From positions 1 through 64,000 of the forward strand of contig JBEQLE010000010.1 in assembly GCA_040326155.1 (NCBI GenBank): DNA of 64,000 nucleotides. Reading direction: 5' to 3'. The DNA comes from Leptospirales bacterium (GTDB lineage: Bacteria > Spirochaetota > Leptospiria > Turneriellales > JAOUFE01). The stretch's first letter is position 1; each line of letters starts with the position of its first letter. Position numbers and translations under genes: made by a program. Below are positions 38,625 through 49,281 of this stretch, in pieces. The notes below the pieces were generated by a model that saw only the letters and a list, made by a program, of their open reading frames with translations, was not told where the DNA came from and ran no database searches.

Positions 38625-41087
38625 CTATCTTAACGTAAAACCAGCTGAATTCAATGAAGAGATTAGACTCTCCTGGAGAGTTTTAATTTCATCATGCTCA
38701 AGTGTTCTGGTTCTGTTTCGCCAGGTCATGCGAATGGACACCGCTTTTTTGCCATCGGGAATGGAATCCCCTTCATAAGTATTTAAGTAATCAATCGATT
38801 CCATATAGGTTTTATCGTCATTCGAAATTACCGGTTCCGAAGTTACGGCCAGTATGTCCGCAAACGGTTGACGCTTATCCATAAGAACGGTGAGTTCGAA
38901 ATCTGAATGGGGGTATTTAACGACGGGCTTGTACCCTGAGTCTGTAGTATTTCGAATTTCATTCAGATCTTCGATGAACATTTCAAAATAAAATACGGGT
39001 TTCTCGATAGAGTACTTTTTAGTATAAGCCGGGTGAATTTGTCCCCACTTGCAAATTGTATTACCTTTATTTTTATTTAGAATCTGGCCAGATCGTCCGG
39101 GGTGAAAAGAGTCTTCTGAGAGTTTTTCCCGCGATTGCTCGTAGTACGTGAGACCAACTTTTACTAAAAGATCAGCCAGCATAGAAGACAGGGAGGTCAT
39201 GACGACGTTTGGCTCTTCGGTCGATGTAATAGCCCCCGAAATAAATGATCTTTCGTTCGGCAAAGCCTCTTCTTCTTTACTGCCTTCGTTGGGAATAAAA
39301 ATGCGCTCGATTTCATAGAAGCGAAGGTCCGGTCTCTCTTTATAGTTTTGTGCTATATTATGTAAAAGGCCCGGCATTGGCGAAATTCTCATGTACTCCA
39401 GATCTTTATTGACGGAGTTTTGTAGTCGAATTGCCTTTTTCGCGTATCTTTTATCCAGATCAACATCGGATTGCGAATGAAAAGCATAGTTATATACTTC
39501 GGTAAAATGGTAGGCCCCGGACATTAACTCACGCAGGTCATGCTCAAGCGTACGTACCAGGTTTTTAGATTTTGGAACTTCACAGCTTACGTATATGGGC
39601 TGCGGGTTCACATTTCGGTAACCCATCACGCGACCAATCTCTTCAATAAGATCTTCGGCCAGGGTAATATCAAAATAAGAGCGATAGACGGGAACTGTAA
39701 TTGTAATATCGTCCTTGTCTGTTTTGCACTGCATGCCAAGCGAGTTTAAAATTTTAGTTATTTTTTCGGTGTTGGCGTCAATGTCGCCAAGGCGCTCTCG
39801 AATATAGGAGATTTTAGTTTCAATTACATTTTGTTTTGGTTTTTCTGTTTCAACAAGATCAACGCTGCCAAGTTTTAAGTCGGGGCAGGTTTCTTTCAAA
39901 AGCTCGGCAAACCGATAAATAGACTTTACGGCATTTTCCGGGTCTTGTCCTTTTTCAAACCTTTGTGAGGCTTCGGTACGAACAGAAGTCTTAGAGATGG
40001 TCGCTCGAATGTCACTTCGGTGAAACGTCGCAGATTCTAGAAATACATTTTTAGTTTTCTCGTTTACTTCGGTATGTTCTCCGCCCATAACACCGGCAAG
40101 GGCGACTGGTTTTTCCCCATCACGTATAAGAACAATGCCTTCGGGCAGAATTAACTCTTTAGAATCGAGTAAGGTAAGTTTTTCTGAAGCTTTCGAGTAA
40201 GAGACTTCAATATGGTCTTGAATAAACTCACGATCAAAAGCATGGTTGGGTTGAGCCGTTTCCAGCATCACAAAGTTCGAGACATCGACCACGTTGTTTA
40301 TGGGACGCATTCCTGCGGCAAGCAGACGAGCCTGCATTTTCAAAGACGAAGGAGCAATGCAAACCCCTGAGAGCAAAGCCGATGAATACGCTATCGCTGA
40401 ATTGTCTTTAATTTCGACAGAGGGTTTTTTTAAAGCCTTGTCAATTGACGGGTCTTCTGGAAAAGTTTCTTTAGAGGCTTTCAAAGGGTTGGCCTTTAAA
40501 GGTTTATCTAAAAGAGCGGCAAGTTCCCGGGCGATTCCAAAGTGGCCCCAAAGGTCGGGACGATGAGTAACCGATTTATTATCGATTTCAATAATATAAT
40601 CGTCCAAATGAAGTAGTTGGCGAAGGTTTTTCCCAAGTGGAAAATCGTCGGGAAGCGTAAGCAAACCCGCATCTGGGTCTTCACCGGGCGCAATGACCAT
40701 ATCGTTTAATAATAATTCCGTAGAAGAGCAAAGCATTCCAGAGCTGTCAACTCCGCGAAGTTTAGCTTCTTTAATAACCATTCCGCCAGGTAATGTTGCA
40801 CCGATTTTTGCAACTGGGTATTTTTTACCTGCTATAACATTGGGTGCTCCACAGACAATCTGGTAACTGTTTTTACCGTCACTGACTTTACAGACTTTAA
40901 GTTTGTCGGCGTCGGGGTGTGGTTGAACGTCTTCGACGAGTCCCACGACAATGTTTTCCAGATGGGGGCGAAAAGGTTCATACCCTTCCACCTCGCAGGT
41001 TTTCATTGTAAGTATATCGGAAAGTTCCTTAATCGGGATGTCCGTAAGGTCGATATAATCGTTTATCCAATTATATGAGATATTCAT
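38625..41087 (-). CDS. pheT: Phenylalanine-tRNA ligase beta subunit
   Basis: HPDADKL, IVCGAPN, HRPDLWGHFGIARE, DLIEEIGR, C-terminal FDX-ACB domain. Confidence 0.96.
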   Translation of the reverse strand: MNISYNWINDYIDLTDIPIKELSDILTMKTCEVEGYEPFRPHLENIVVGLVEDVQPHPDADKLKVCKVSDGKNSYQIVCGAPNVIAGKKYPVAKIGATLPGGMVIKEAKLRGVDSSGMLCSSTELLLNDMVIAPGEDPDAGLLTLPDDFPLGKNLRQLLHLDDYIIEIDNKSVTHRPDLWGHFGIARELAALLDKPLKANPLKASKETFPEDPSIDKALKKPSVEIKDNSAIAYSSALLSGVCIAPSSLKMQARLLAAGMRPINNVVDVSNFVMLETAQPNHAFDREFIQDHIEVSYSKASEKLTLLDSKELILPEGIVLIRDGEKPVALAGVMGGEHTEVNEKTKNVFLESATFHRSDIRATISKTSVRTEASQRFEKGQDPENAVKSIYRFAELLKETCPDLKLGSVDLVETEKPKQNVIETKISYIRERLGDIDANTEKITKILNSLGMQCKTDKDDITITVPVYRSYFDITLAEDLIEEIGRVMGYRNVNPQPIYVSCEVPKSKNLVRTLEHDLRELMSGAYHFTEVYNYAFHSQSDVDLDKRYAKKAIRLQNSVNKDLEYMRISPMPGLLHNIAQNYKERPDLRFYEIERIFIPNEGSKEEEALPNERSFISGAITSTEEPNVVMTSLSSMLADLLVKVGLTYYEQSREKLSEDSFHPGRSGQILNKNKGNTICKWGQIHPAYTKKYSIEKPVFYFEMFIEDLNEIRNTTDSGYKPVVKYPHSDFELTVLMDKRQPFADILAVTSEPVISNDDKTYMESIDYLNTYEGDSIPDGKKAVSIRMTWRNRTRTLEHDEIKTLQESLISSLNSAGFTLR

Positions 41088-41097
41088 GAAAACTCCG

Positions 41098-42177
41098 TTA
41101 ATATTTTTTAAATTGGCTTAAGAACGCCGGAAAGGCTCCCTGAAATAGACGAATATCCTCAATTCCATGGTGCATCATAACTAAACGATTCAACCCTAAC
41201 CCAAAAGCGGCGCCTTGCCATTTTTCGGGGTCAAGACCGCCGAATTTCAGTACATTCGGGTGAACAAGTCCGCATGGCAACACTTCGGACCAACCCGAGT
41301 TTTTACAAACAGGGCATCCTTTCCCGGAACAGATAAGGCATTTCATGTCGAGCTCGAAAGCCGGTTCGACAAATGGAAAATAGCCCGGACGCAACCGTAC
41401 TTCCACTTTACGTTCAAAAATTTCTTCCAGAAGGGTGTTCATCAGGTGCAGAAGGTTTGATATGCTGACAGTTTTATCGATCACCATGCCTTCCATCTGG
41501 TAAAAAGTGTGTTCGTGAGAAGCGTCAAGTTCTTCGTAACGAAAAACCCTTCCCGGCACAATAATACGCATGGGAGGGGATAGTTTTGCCATGCCCCGAA
41601 TCTGGACTGTAGAAGTATGAGTTCGTAACAGGTGGTCTTGTTCCGTGTAAATAGTATCCTGCATTTCACGCGCAGGATGGTCTTCGGTAAAATTCAGAGC
41701 AACAAAATTATTGTAATCGGTTTCTACCTGGGGACCATCAATAATGCTAAAACCCATGGAGGTAAAAATACCTTCCAGGCGCTTTTGCATAGAAGAAATG
41801 GGGTGAATATATCCTCTCTGATCTCCCGGATTTCCAGGAAAAAACCCATTCGGAAAACGGGGTGGCAGCGAAGTTGTGTCAAACCACTCTTCTTCTTCCA
41901 GACTTTTGTAATATTCCTGTTCGAGCCTTTCAGTGTGTTCGGTAAAATAGTTTTCAAATTTAGTCTTTAACTCGTTGGCATGTTTCCCAATTTCAGCCCG
42001 TTCGGTATTTGAAACTTTCCCGAGTTGTTTTAATATTTGGGTGAGTTTACCTTTTTTCCCAGAAAACTCAATACGAGCATCTTCCAGATCTTTTTGTGCT
42101 TTTGCTTCATTTAGACGAGCAACAAGCAGTTCGTCTAATTCCGTAAGTTCTTTTATAATGGCATCTGCCGCAGACAT
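41098..42177 (-). CDS. pheS: Phenylalanine-tRNA ligase alpha subunit
   Basis: HPAREMQDT, LRTHTS, YFPFVEP, GAAFGLGLNRL. Confidence 0.96.
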   Translation of the reverse strand: MSAADAIIKELTELDELLVARLNEAKAQKDLEDARIEFSGKKGKLTQILKQLGKVSNTERAEIGKHANELKTKFENYFTEHTERLEQEYYKSLEEEEWFDTTSLPPRFPNGFFPGNPGDQRGYIHPISSMQKRLEGIFTSMGFSIIDGPQVETDYNNFVALNFTEDHPAREMQDTIYTEQDHLLRTHTSTVQIRGMAKLSPPMRIIVPGRVFRYEELDASHEHTFYQMEGMVIDKTVSISNLLHLMNTLLEEIFERKVEVRLRPGYFPFVEPAFELDMKCLICSGKGCPVCKNSGWSEVLPCGLVHPNVLKFGGLDPEKWQGAAFGLGLNRLVMMHHGIEDIRLFQGAFPAFLSQFKKY

Positions 42178-42261
42178 ACGGCAAAAACGTTTTCAAAAAC
42201 TCATTGTCAAACGAAATCGAGGTAGATCGACCTCCGAGTTTAAGGAATACAATTAAAGATC

Positions 42262-45200
42262 TTAATATTTTTTCATGTCGTGTATTTGGATTTTATATTG
42301 TAGAGAATCGGGATCATTTAACCGTCGCAGGTTTATGCCGGTCGGGGTCCGGTCGCAGGCGTTTTGGTATTCGCAGTAGCGGCATGGCCCGAGCCACGTA
42401 TTTGACTGAGCGGACGATTTCATTGGAGCCGAAAAAAAATACCCTTTTTGTAACAGCCCGTTCAGGGCGTCCGTCGCGCCTTGAAATTCATCGACCAGAG
42501 AGCCATTTACAGCCTCAGCGCTTGAGTACGATTTTTCCAGAAAAAGCATCTCCAGACCGGGCGGTTTATCTACGACAAATGCATAAGCCCCCCCGATGGA
42601 AAAGTCTTCCTTCGGTTTTACCTTTTCTTTCAGTAAAGAGTCGCAACCGGCAAGGGCTTTTATATACACCGGCAGTTGGGCGTAAATAAGCGACTGAATA
42701 TTTCCCGCATCGGTAAGAGACTTTTTGAATCGACCGGTTTTATAATCAATAACAACCAGAGTATTTGTTTGCGGCGAATAGTCGACACGATCAATTCTAC
42801 CAGACAGTACAAAAGGGCCGAAATCCAGCTCTTTAAAGGGTAGCTCCGTAGCAACAGGGCCAAATTCACTTAAAGGATGTTTTTCCATTTGACAGGTTTT
42901 AAAGAAATTTTCAAAGTATGTAATAAAAATGGATCGAAGATTGAATTTTTGCGCTTCGAACAAAAGTCTTGTATGTCTGCGCTGCCCGGTGGACAACGAT
43001 TTCATAGCTTCCGAAAAGCACTCTTCCAGTACATTATCCAGTTCCGGTTTTTGAATACCTGTTGAAATTTCTCTATAGGTCGCACGGGGAAAACGCTCTT
43101 GCATTTTATCGATAAAGATTTTTGCCGCAATATGAAAAGCATTACCCCTCTCTCTGGAGTCTAGCGGTTGGTCCGTCTCAGAATTATCAATATCTTCGAC
43201 TGACAATATTTTTTGAAACCAGAACCGTTGAGGGCAGGAGGAGAGAATTTCCAGTGCTCCCGCTGAACCCACAATTTGAGAATTTTGCGTTTCACCGGTT
43301 TTACCAAAATTCGTTTCATATTCGGGACCGGGCGTCAGCCTCATTTTAATATTCAGAAATTCCTGAAACTCTGAATTAAAATCATCCAGAAAAATTTCAG
43401 ACCCGGCTGTGTAATCGGAAATCATTTCGGATACTTCATCATTCGCCGTTTTAGATTCAAAACACGATTGTAAAATTTCAATACATACCGGGGAGGGAGT
43501 CGCATCGGTTTCACCGGAATACGAGAGCATAACGCCGAGCGAAGTCATTTTTAAAGATTCAAATAACAGCTCTTTTTGCTGCATATAGTTTCGTTGCAAA
43601 ATATATTTTCGCGCTACGGCAACATCGGTAACCAGCCCTGAATTTCTATAATGAAGCGGAAAAGACGAAGCGTTCAAGCCGGTAATAAAAAGATAAGATA
43701 CGGGAGAGTGAAGTCCCTCCTGAATATCGCGCGCAGAGATGGCCCCCTCTTTTTGGTCAATTTTAACATCCGAAACATTTTCAAGAGGTTTTGAAATTTG
43801 AACCATCTCCTCTTCAAGTACTTTAAAAAATGAACCGGAACTGATTCCCTCCGGAAACAGACCGTCCAGACTTACAAAATTGTTTAATAATTTACCAAGT
43901 TTTTCGAGGCTTATTTCTCCATCGGTATATGTGCTGCTTTTAATGTATTTCAAGGCAAGATCGGATAGTCGTTCTGCATATTCCGAAGGCAGAAGTTTAG
44001 ATGGAAGATTCACTTTATCTTCGTTTATTTTTCCGAGAGCTTTAATCGCATACTGAAGCAGGGGTTTTTCATCTTCTTTCGTTTTAACATTTTGCAGCTC
44101 TTTTTTAAATTCAGTAAAACTAAGTTCTTTGCCGGGCTCCACAGTTGTTTTTACGATAAAATCCATAAAGCGTACCATCGGCTCGTCAATATGAGAAGCC
44201 ATAATATTTTCTTTATTAAATACAGGGTTATTTAATATATCCGTAAAATCTTCCGGTAAAACTTTTCGACGATCAGGTTTTAACATTTTCAGCAGAGAAA
44301 AAAACAGCGAAAACACAGGGTCACTTAGAGCTAAAACACCTTCGGGGCAATCGAGTTTCAGACCGAAACGGGAAAGACAAAACTGCAACGCCATCGCTTG
44401 TTCGGGCCTGGCGTATAAAATCAAGATCTCGGAGGCTGGAATTCCTTTAGAACGAAGATCGTTAATCGACCGTGCAACCATTTCAGCCTCATTGGTTACC
44501 GTATCTGTTTTTCGAGCCTTTAGCTGTTTCTCATTTTCAGAGCTGGCGAAAAAGATACTCTCCTTGTTGGAAGTTTCTGAAAACACCATTTTTCCATGGA
44601 CAGACTTGTCAGGTATTGTTTTAATTCTACGGATGGATGTGGCATTCGGCTGAATTGAGTTTTGCAGAAATTCATCCAGGTCCGCCTCGGCGTTCGATTC
44701 AGGGTGTGTAAAAACCGTCCATTCCGCATGGTGTACTTTCGACAATAGTTCCAGCATCAGTTTTTCCACCACAGATATGTGGGTCGGGTAGAGGTAAATT
44801 ATATTCAGGTCGGTTTTTTGTACGGACGAACTCTCTTTTTCAAAATCACGGATGAACTGTTGTAAACTAATAAAACCCCTGGATTGAATAACCCGATCGA
44901 GTTCGTTAAAAATGAAAGAGATATCTTCGTATGGTTCATGAATAGAATCACTTTGCGCATCAGGACTGGAAGGCAGGTCATCTGTTTTCCAGTCAGGACT
45001 GGAAAGCAGCTCATCTGTTTTTTCAAACCAGTGGAAGGTGTGCCAGAGGTTGAGTAGCTCTTTAGCAAAACCCGCAAGGGGAACAATCTCGCGCAGGCTC
45101 TTCAGACGCTTTAAAATATTTTCGTTCGAGAGCAGTTCAAAAAGTATCGCTTTATATGCAGATTCTTTTAATAGAACTTTTTCACTCCCGGGAATTTCGT

Positions 45201-45411
45201 AGAATACTTTTCTGAACCATAGTCGAGGCGTAAAAAGCGATGTATGAAAAATGGTCTTTCGCGACTCAGAAATGGCCTCATGAATTAAGATTCTATAACG
45301 CATCATATCGATCGTGTTCGGACAAAGCACTATAGTCTCTTTGTGGGCCCCGAGCAAGTCGCCGATTTGTTCCGGAAACGAGGGATTACTTGTTTTGGTC
45401 TTCTTCGGCAT
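42262..45411 (-). CDS. AddB/RexB-like protein with C-terminal PD-(D/E)xK nuclease
   Basis: CPQRFWF, RGNAFH, LSGRIDRVD..IDYKTG, QLPVY, CRYCEYQNAC (Fe-S staple cysteines); degenerate helicase-like N-terminus. Confidence 0.8.
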   Translation of the reverse strand: MPKKTKTSNPSFPEQIGDLLGAHKETIVLCPNTIDMMRYRILIHEAISESRKTIFHTSLFTPRLWFRKVFYEIPGSEKVLLKESAYKAILFELLSNENILKRLKSLREIVPLAGFAKELLNLWHTFHWFEKTDELLSSPDWKTDDLPSSPDAQSDSIHEPYEDISFIFNELDRVIQSRGFISLQQFIRDFEKESSSVQKTDLNIIYLYPTHISVVEKLMLELLSKVHHAEWTVFTHPESNAEADLDEFLQNSIQPNATSIRRIKTIPDKSVHGKMVFSETSNKESIFFASSENEKQLKARKTDTVTNEAEMVARSINDLRSKGIPASEILILYARPEQAMALQFCLSRFGLKLDCPEGVLALSDPVFSLFFSLLKMLKPDRRKVLPEDFTDILNNPVFNKENIMASHIDEPMVRFMDFIVKTTVEPGKELSFTEFKKELQNVKTKEDEKPLLQYAIKALGKINEDKVNLPSKLLPSEYAERLSDLALKYIKSSTYTDGEISLEKLGKLLNNFVSLDGLFPEGISSGSFFKVLEEEMVQISKPLENVSDVKIDQKEGAISARDIQEGLHSPVSYLFITGLNASSFPLHYRNSGLVTDVAVARKYILQRNYMQQKELLFESLKMTSLGVMLSYSGETDATPSPVCIEILQSCFESKTANDEVSEMISDYTAGSEIFLDDFNSEFQEFLNIKMRLTPGPEYETNFGKTGETQNSQIVGSAGALEILSSCPQRFWFQKILSVEDIDNSETDQPLDSRERGNAFHIAAKIFIDKMQERFPRATYREISTGIQKPELDNVLEECFSEAMKSLSTGQRRHTRLLFEAQKFNLRSIFITYFENFFKTCQMEKHPLSEFGPVATELPFKELDFGPFVLSGRIDRVDYSPQTNTLVVIDYKTGRFKKSLTDAGNIQSLIYAQLPVYIKALAGCDSLLKEKVKPKEDFSIGGAYAFVVDKPPGLEMLFLEKSYSSAEAVNGSLVDEFQGATDALNGLLQKGYFFSAPMKSSAQSNTWLGPCRYCEYQNACDRTPTGINLRRLNDPDSLQYKIQIHDMKKY

Positions 45412-46201
45412 TGTTAATAAATTTCGATGGACTTCCGGGAAACAGGCGGGGACGGGAATATTGGTACAAAACCGGAAACTCAGCTCGCCATTTGAGAATT
45501 TCGGCGAGGTGAACCTGGTAGTCTTTGCCGGTCTGGGCGCTGCCCAGGTTGAGTAAAATGTCTCCTTTGGGGTGAATGACCATTGAGTTTCCTGCCATAA
45601 TTGTCTTCCCGCTTTTACCGATTGTGTTTACCAGGATAATATAACATTGATTTTCAATTGCTCTTGCTTTGGCAAGCGCTATCATATGATCTTTTCTCTC
45701 TTGAGGCCATTGGGCCATTATAATAATGGCATCCACTTCTTTTTTGGCATACTTTCGAAAGAGTTCGGGAAAACGTAGGTCGTAACAAATTGCCAGTCCA
45801 ATATAGAGCTCTTTATACTTAATAATAGAAGTTTTTTTACCTGCATGTAAGAATTCATTCTCCCGAAACGTCGGTATAAGGTGAACTTTATCATACATGG
45901 ATATAATATCGCCCTGGTCGTCGATAAAAAAAGCGCGATTTGTATATTTCTTTTTTTCTTTCCAGAATAAAGAGCCACAAAACGCTGTGCTGTGTTTGCG
46001 ACACTGATTAGAAATTGTATGTATAAAATCTTTATTTTTTTTCGAGATAGAAGACAGTTCTTTATATTGAAAACCACTCGTAAAAACTTCCGGTGATACA
46101 ATTAAGTCGTACAACGAACTTTTTTCAAAGACTTCCAGAACTTGCTGAAAATTGTTTTCAATATCATCGTGTAGGTTGAACTGGTTTAAATACAGGCGCA
46201 T
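45386..46201 (-). CDS. Nitrilase-family carbon-nitrogen hydrolase
   Basis: PEVFTSG, YDKVHL, ICYDLRFPE, ARAIENQ. Confidence 0.92.
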   Translation of the reverse strand: MRLYLNQFNLHDDIENNFQQVLEVFEKSSLYDLIVSPEVFTSGFQYKELSSISKKNKDFIHTISNQCRKHSTAFCGSLFWKEKKKYTNRAFFIDDQGDIISMYDKVHLIPTFRENEFLHAGKKTSIIKYKELYIGLAICYDLRFPELFRKYAKKEVDAIIIMAQWPQERKDHMIALAKARAIENQCYIILVNTIGKSGKTIMAGNSMVIHPKGDILLNLGSAQTGKDYQVHLAEILKWRAEFPVLYQYSRPRLFPGSPSKFINNAEEDQNK

Positions 46202-46241
46202 GGTAGGTATAAAGTACTAATAAATAGAAAAACGGTGTCAA

Positions 46242-46730
46242 CTAATTACCTTTAATCTTTTGCATTAAAATGGAAGCCTGAGCGGCGATTCCCTCCGCCC
46301 TTCCTGTAAAACCCAGTTTTTCGGTGGTGGTTGCTTTAATACTGATAGCGCTTTGTGCCACCTGGAACCAATCGGAGATTTTTTGAATTATCTCATCGCG
46401 GTGGGGGGCTATTTTCGGGGCTTCGCAAAGAATAACAGCGTCAAGGTTTCCCAGCTCATATCCCTTGCGGGCGGCTTCTTCAATGGCAAAAAGTAGAAAT
46501 TCAGAGCTGTCCCTGTTTTTGTTTTCTGGCAGAGTATCGGGAAAGTGAACACCTATGTCGCCTGAAGCGACAGACCCTAAAACAGCGTCGGTAATGGCGT
46601 GTAATAACACATCAGCGTCAGAGTGACCCGCCAGAGAAAAAGGGGCCGAAATTTTCACTCCTCCGAGTATTACGAAATCTCCCGGGATGGTCGCATGCAC
46701 GTCGAAGCCGGAACCTATACGAAAATTCAT
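46242..46730 (-). CDS. ispF: 2-C-methyl-D-erythritol 2,4-cyclodiphosphate synthase
   Basis: RIGSGFDVH, GHSDADVLLHA, GDIGVHFP, KATTTEKLGF. Confidence 0.96.
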   Translation of the reverse strand: MNFRIGSGFDVHATIPGDFVILGGVKISAPFSLAGHSDADVLLHAITDAVLGSVASGDIGVHFPDTLPENKNRDSSEFLLFAIEEAARKGYELGNLDAVILCEAPKIAPHRDEIIQKISDWFQVAQSAISIKATTTEKLGFTGRAEGIAAQASILMQKIKGN

Positions 46731-47446
46731 TGAATATCCTCCGGGTATGTTATTTTAATATTCTCGGAGTCGCCCGTAAAAGTAAAAACATTATATCCCA
46801 TTGCTTTCATGAACGAACCCTCGTCAGTAAAGTCTACAAAATTTTCCTTCGATGTTGACTTTTGACGCAGTGCGGTAGCTAAAGAAGGCCCATATAATAA
46901 CTGTGGCGTTTGGATACGAAATAGTTCAGACCGGTCCACATAATTTTCTAATCTGTTTTCTGTGGCTCGGCATATAGAATCATTTACCGGTATAACGGGT
47001 AAAAAAACGGGTTTTTCAGGCGATAGTTGCAATAACGACTTTTGAATACCTGTTAAAAAGTCAGGGCTTACATATGGACGATTCGCATCGTGAACCAGAA
47101 TATGAATGTTTTGATCGAACTTTTCTATTGCGTACTGTGCTCCCAAAACAAAACTTTCATGGCGGGAATTTCCACCTGAAACCACCGAGCATTCACTTTC
47201 GGGGAATTTTGTTTGAAGCAGGTTGAGTGAGTTATGAAGAAGGGGCAGGTCTAAATATTGGGGATTGACCACCAGAACGACTTTTTCCAGCGAAAATTCA
47301 CTCAGAAATTTTTCGAGCGTGACATGAAATACAGGAAGATTGGCACCCGGTAAAGGGTGAAACTGCTTTGGAACCGAACCCCCGAAACGGGAGCCGGTTC
47401 CACTCATCAGCAGTAGTAATACGTTTTTATTAACTTTTTGTGGCAA
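46727..47446 (-). CDS. ispD: MEP cytidylyltransferase
   Basis: [35 protein letters not shown]. Confidence 0.93.
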   Translation of the reverse strand: MPQKVNKNVLLLLMSGTGSRFGGSVPKQFHPLPGANLPVFHVTLEKFLSEFSLEKVVLVVNPQYLDLPLLHNSLNLLQTKFPESECSVVSGGNSRHESFVLGAQYAIEKFDQNIHILVHDANRPYVSPDFLTGIQKSLLQLSPEKPVFLPVIPVNDSICRATENRLENYVDRSELFRIQTPQLLYGPSLATALRQKSTSKENFVDFTDEGSFMKAMGYNVFTFTGDSENIKITYPEDIQ

Positions 47447-48410
47447 CTTTGGTAAAAATCATTTTGCCGGCGTTCGTCTGAATAACGCTGGTAACATCGA
47501 CTCTTAATTTCTTGCCGAGAAGTTTTCGGGCATTTTCAATGACAACCATAGTTCCATCTTCAAGGTATCCGATACCCTGGTTGTCATCTTTACCTTCTTT
47601 AACAACTTGAACTTCCATCTCTTCGCCCGGCAATACTACCGGTTTCAAGGCGTTTGCTAGATTATTAATATTTAGAACATCGACTTCTTGCAATTCAGCA
47701 ACCTTGTTCAGGTTAAAGTCGTTTGTAATGAGTTTTCCACCCATTTCCCGAGCCAGTTTTACCAGCTTGGCATCCACTTCGCGCGTGTCAGTATAATCGA
47801 CATAAGAGATGCGGACTTCAAGGTCGTCTCTTTTTTGAAGTGCGTTTAGCATTTCTAATCCCCGACGACCTCTGTTTCGTTTAATGGCATCGGCTGAATC
47901 TGAAATCAGCTGAATTTCCCGTAAAACAAAGTTAGGAACAATCAAAGGCCCTTCAATAAAGCCAGTGGAAGCCAGGTCGATAATTCTACCATCAATTACG
48001 ATACTTGTATCGAGAATTTTAACGGTAAGATCACCTGCGTGAGTTTCAGAGACCTCAGGTTTGCCTGAAATGCCTACTCCTGTTAATCCACCGTCTCTCT
48101 GGAATCGGTAAAAGGTGTAACTAACCAGTGTGAGCATTGTACCAAGCACAATGTTGCTGACATAAATTGGATATTTCGCTAAAAACGGGGTTAATAACCC
48201 AAATCCAACTATGGCAACAATAAGCCCTACAACAACAGATGTAACGCTCCCTCGGTTTGATTTGTTTTTAATTAAATCAATTATAAACGGTGTAACGACG
48301 ATTATTACTATAGCTATTCCAGCTGCAATAAAACCAATCGGCGCTTCCGTAGTTAATGCTGTTAGCGCAGCGATGCCTGCTGCGATAAGGTATACATACA
48401 ATTTGGACAT
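47430..48410 (-). CDS. PIN/TRAM domain membrane protein (YacL-like)
   Basis: [35 protein letters not shown]; lies between carD and ispD. Confidence 0.92.
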   Translation of the reverse strand: MSKLYVYLIAAGIAALTALTTEAPIGFIAAGIAIVIIVVTPFIIDLIKNKSNRGSVTSVVVGLIVAIVGFGLLTPFLAKYPIYVSNIVLGTMLTLVSYTFYRFQRDGGLTGVGISGKPEVSETHAGDLTVKILDTSIVIDGRIIDLASTGFIEGPLIVPNFVLREIQLISDSADAIKRNRGRRGLEMLNALQKRDDLEVRISYVDYTDTREVDAKLVKLAREMGGKLITNDFNLNKVAELQEVDVLNINNLANALKPVVLPGEEMEVQVVKEGKDDNQGIGYLEDGTMVVIENARKLLGKKLRVDVTSVIQTNAGKMIFTKVATKS

Positions 48411-48464
48411 AATCTTCCTCCTATTAATAAGTTTTGACAGACTTATTTCAGGAAGATTTATCGT

Positions 48465-48944
48465 TTATCCCGATAACACTTCGGAGATTTGGTTGCTTGC
48501 CTCTTCAACTTCTACATTTTGTGCCAAGGCAACTTCGTTAATGATAAGGCTATAAGCCGATTCATAAAGTTTTCTCTCCATAATCGAGAGTTCCTTGTCT
48601 CTAGCCCGCTTGTATAAATTTCTACAAACTTCAGAAACCGAAAGAACAGAGCCTGACTTTACTTTCAGCAGGTTATTTTGATACCGGATTTTCCAGTCCT
48701 CTTCCGTTTCTTCATACTCTTCCCTGAGTAGTTTCAGGATTTTAGCTACTTCTTTCTTTTTAATAATATGGCGCAAGCCGATTTCGACCGCCGTTGGCGT
48801 CGGAATCATTACCTTCATTTTGGTGTTGATCAGTTCTACTACGTAGTATTCCTTTTTTTCATTCAGCACGGTTTTCTTGGTAATCTCAACAATAGTACCA
48901 ACTCCGTGCATAGGATAAACGACATAATCTCCTTTTTTAAACAT
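48465..48944 (-). CDS. carD: CarD-family transcriptional regulator
   Basis: [15 protein letters not shown], conserved W in [15 protein letters not shown]. Confidence 0.93.
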   Translation of the reverse strand: MFKKGDYVVYPMHGVGTIVEITKKTVLNEKKEYYVVELINTKMKVMIPTPTAVEIGLRHIIKKKEVAKILKLLREEYEETEEDWKIRYQNNLLKVKSGSVLSVSEVCRNLYKRARDKELSIMERKLYESAYSLIINEVALAQNVEVEEASNQISEVLSG

Positions 48945-49241
48945 AATCTGCCAGTATAATTTCGCTCTGCTGTCTTTTCGGGTTAGATTTTCTTTTAGAA
49001 CCGAAAAGTAATAAAAAAACAGAGATAGATTTGTATTTCACTTGCAATAGACATAGTGTCAAAGGTTTTTTTACGAGTAACCACCATAGAGTGTATCTGA
49101 TGTAAATATACAAAAAAAACACATTTTGATCTAATTACTTGTTGTTTTACCGGTAAAGCAAACGTCAAATAGTAAGACGATAACATGGGACATTCACTAT
49201 TTGTTTTTGAATATCCTGTGAAATAGCCTCCTACATTACAA

Positions 49242-49267
49242 GGCCGCTCTTAGCGGCCCTTTTTTTT
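49242..49267 (+). terminator. Rho-independent terminator-like hairpin, T-tract on the + strand
   Basis: GGCCGCT-ctt-AGCGGCC-c-T8. Confidence 0.7.
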
Positions 49268-49281
49268 CTATATTCCAAACA

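Noticed and set aside
42204..42689. 161-aa + strand ORF
   Set aside because: Antisense to the well-supported AddB-like nuclease domain; no motifs.
49141..49240. c-di-GMP-I riboswitch (GCAAAC...GGGAC-like words)
   Set aside because: The GNRA-capped P2 stem and GCAAAG element are absent, and there is no + strand gene downstream.
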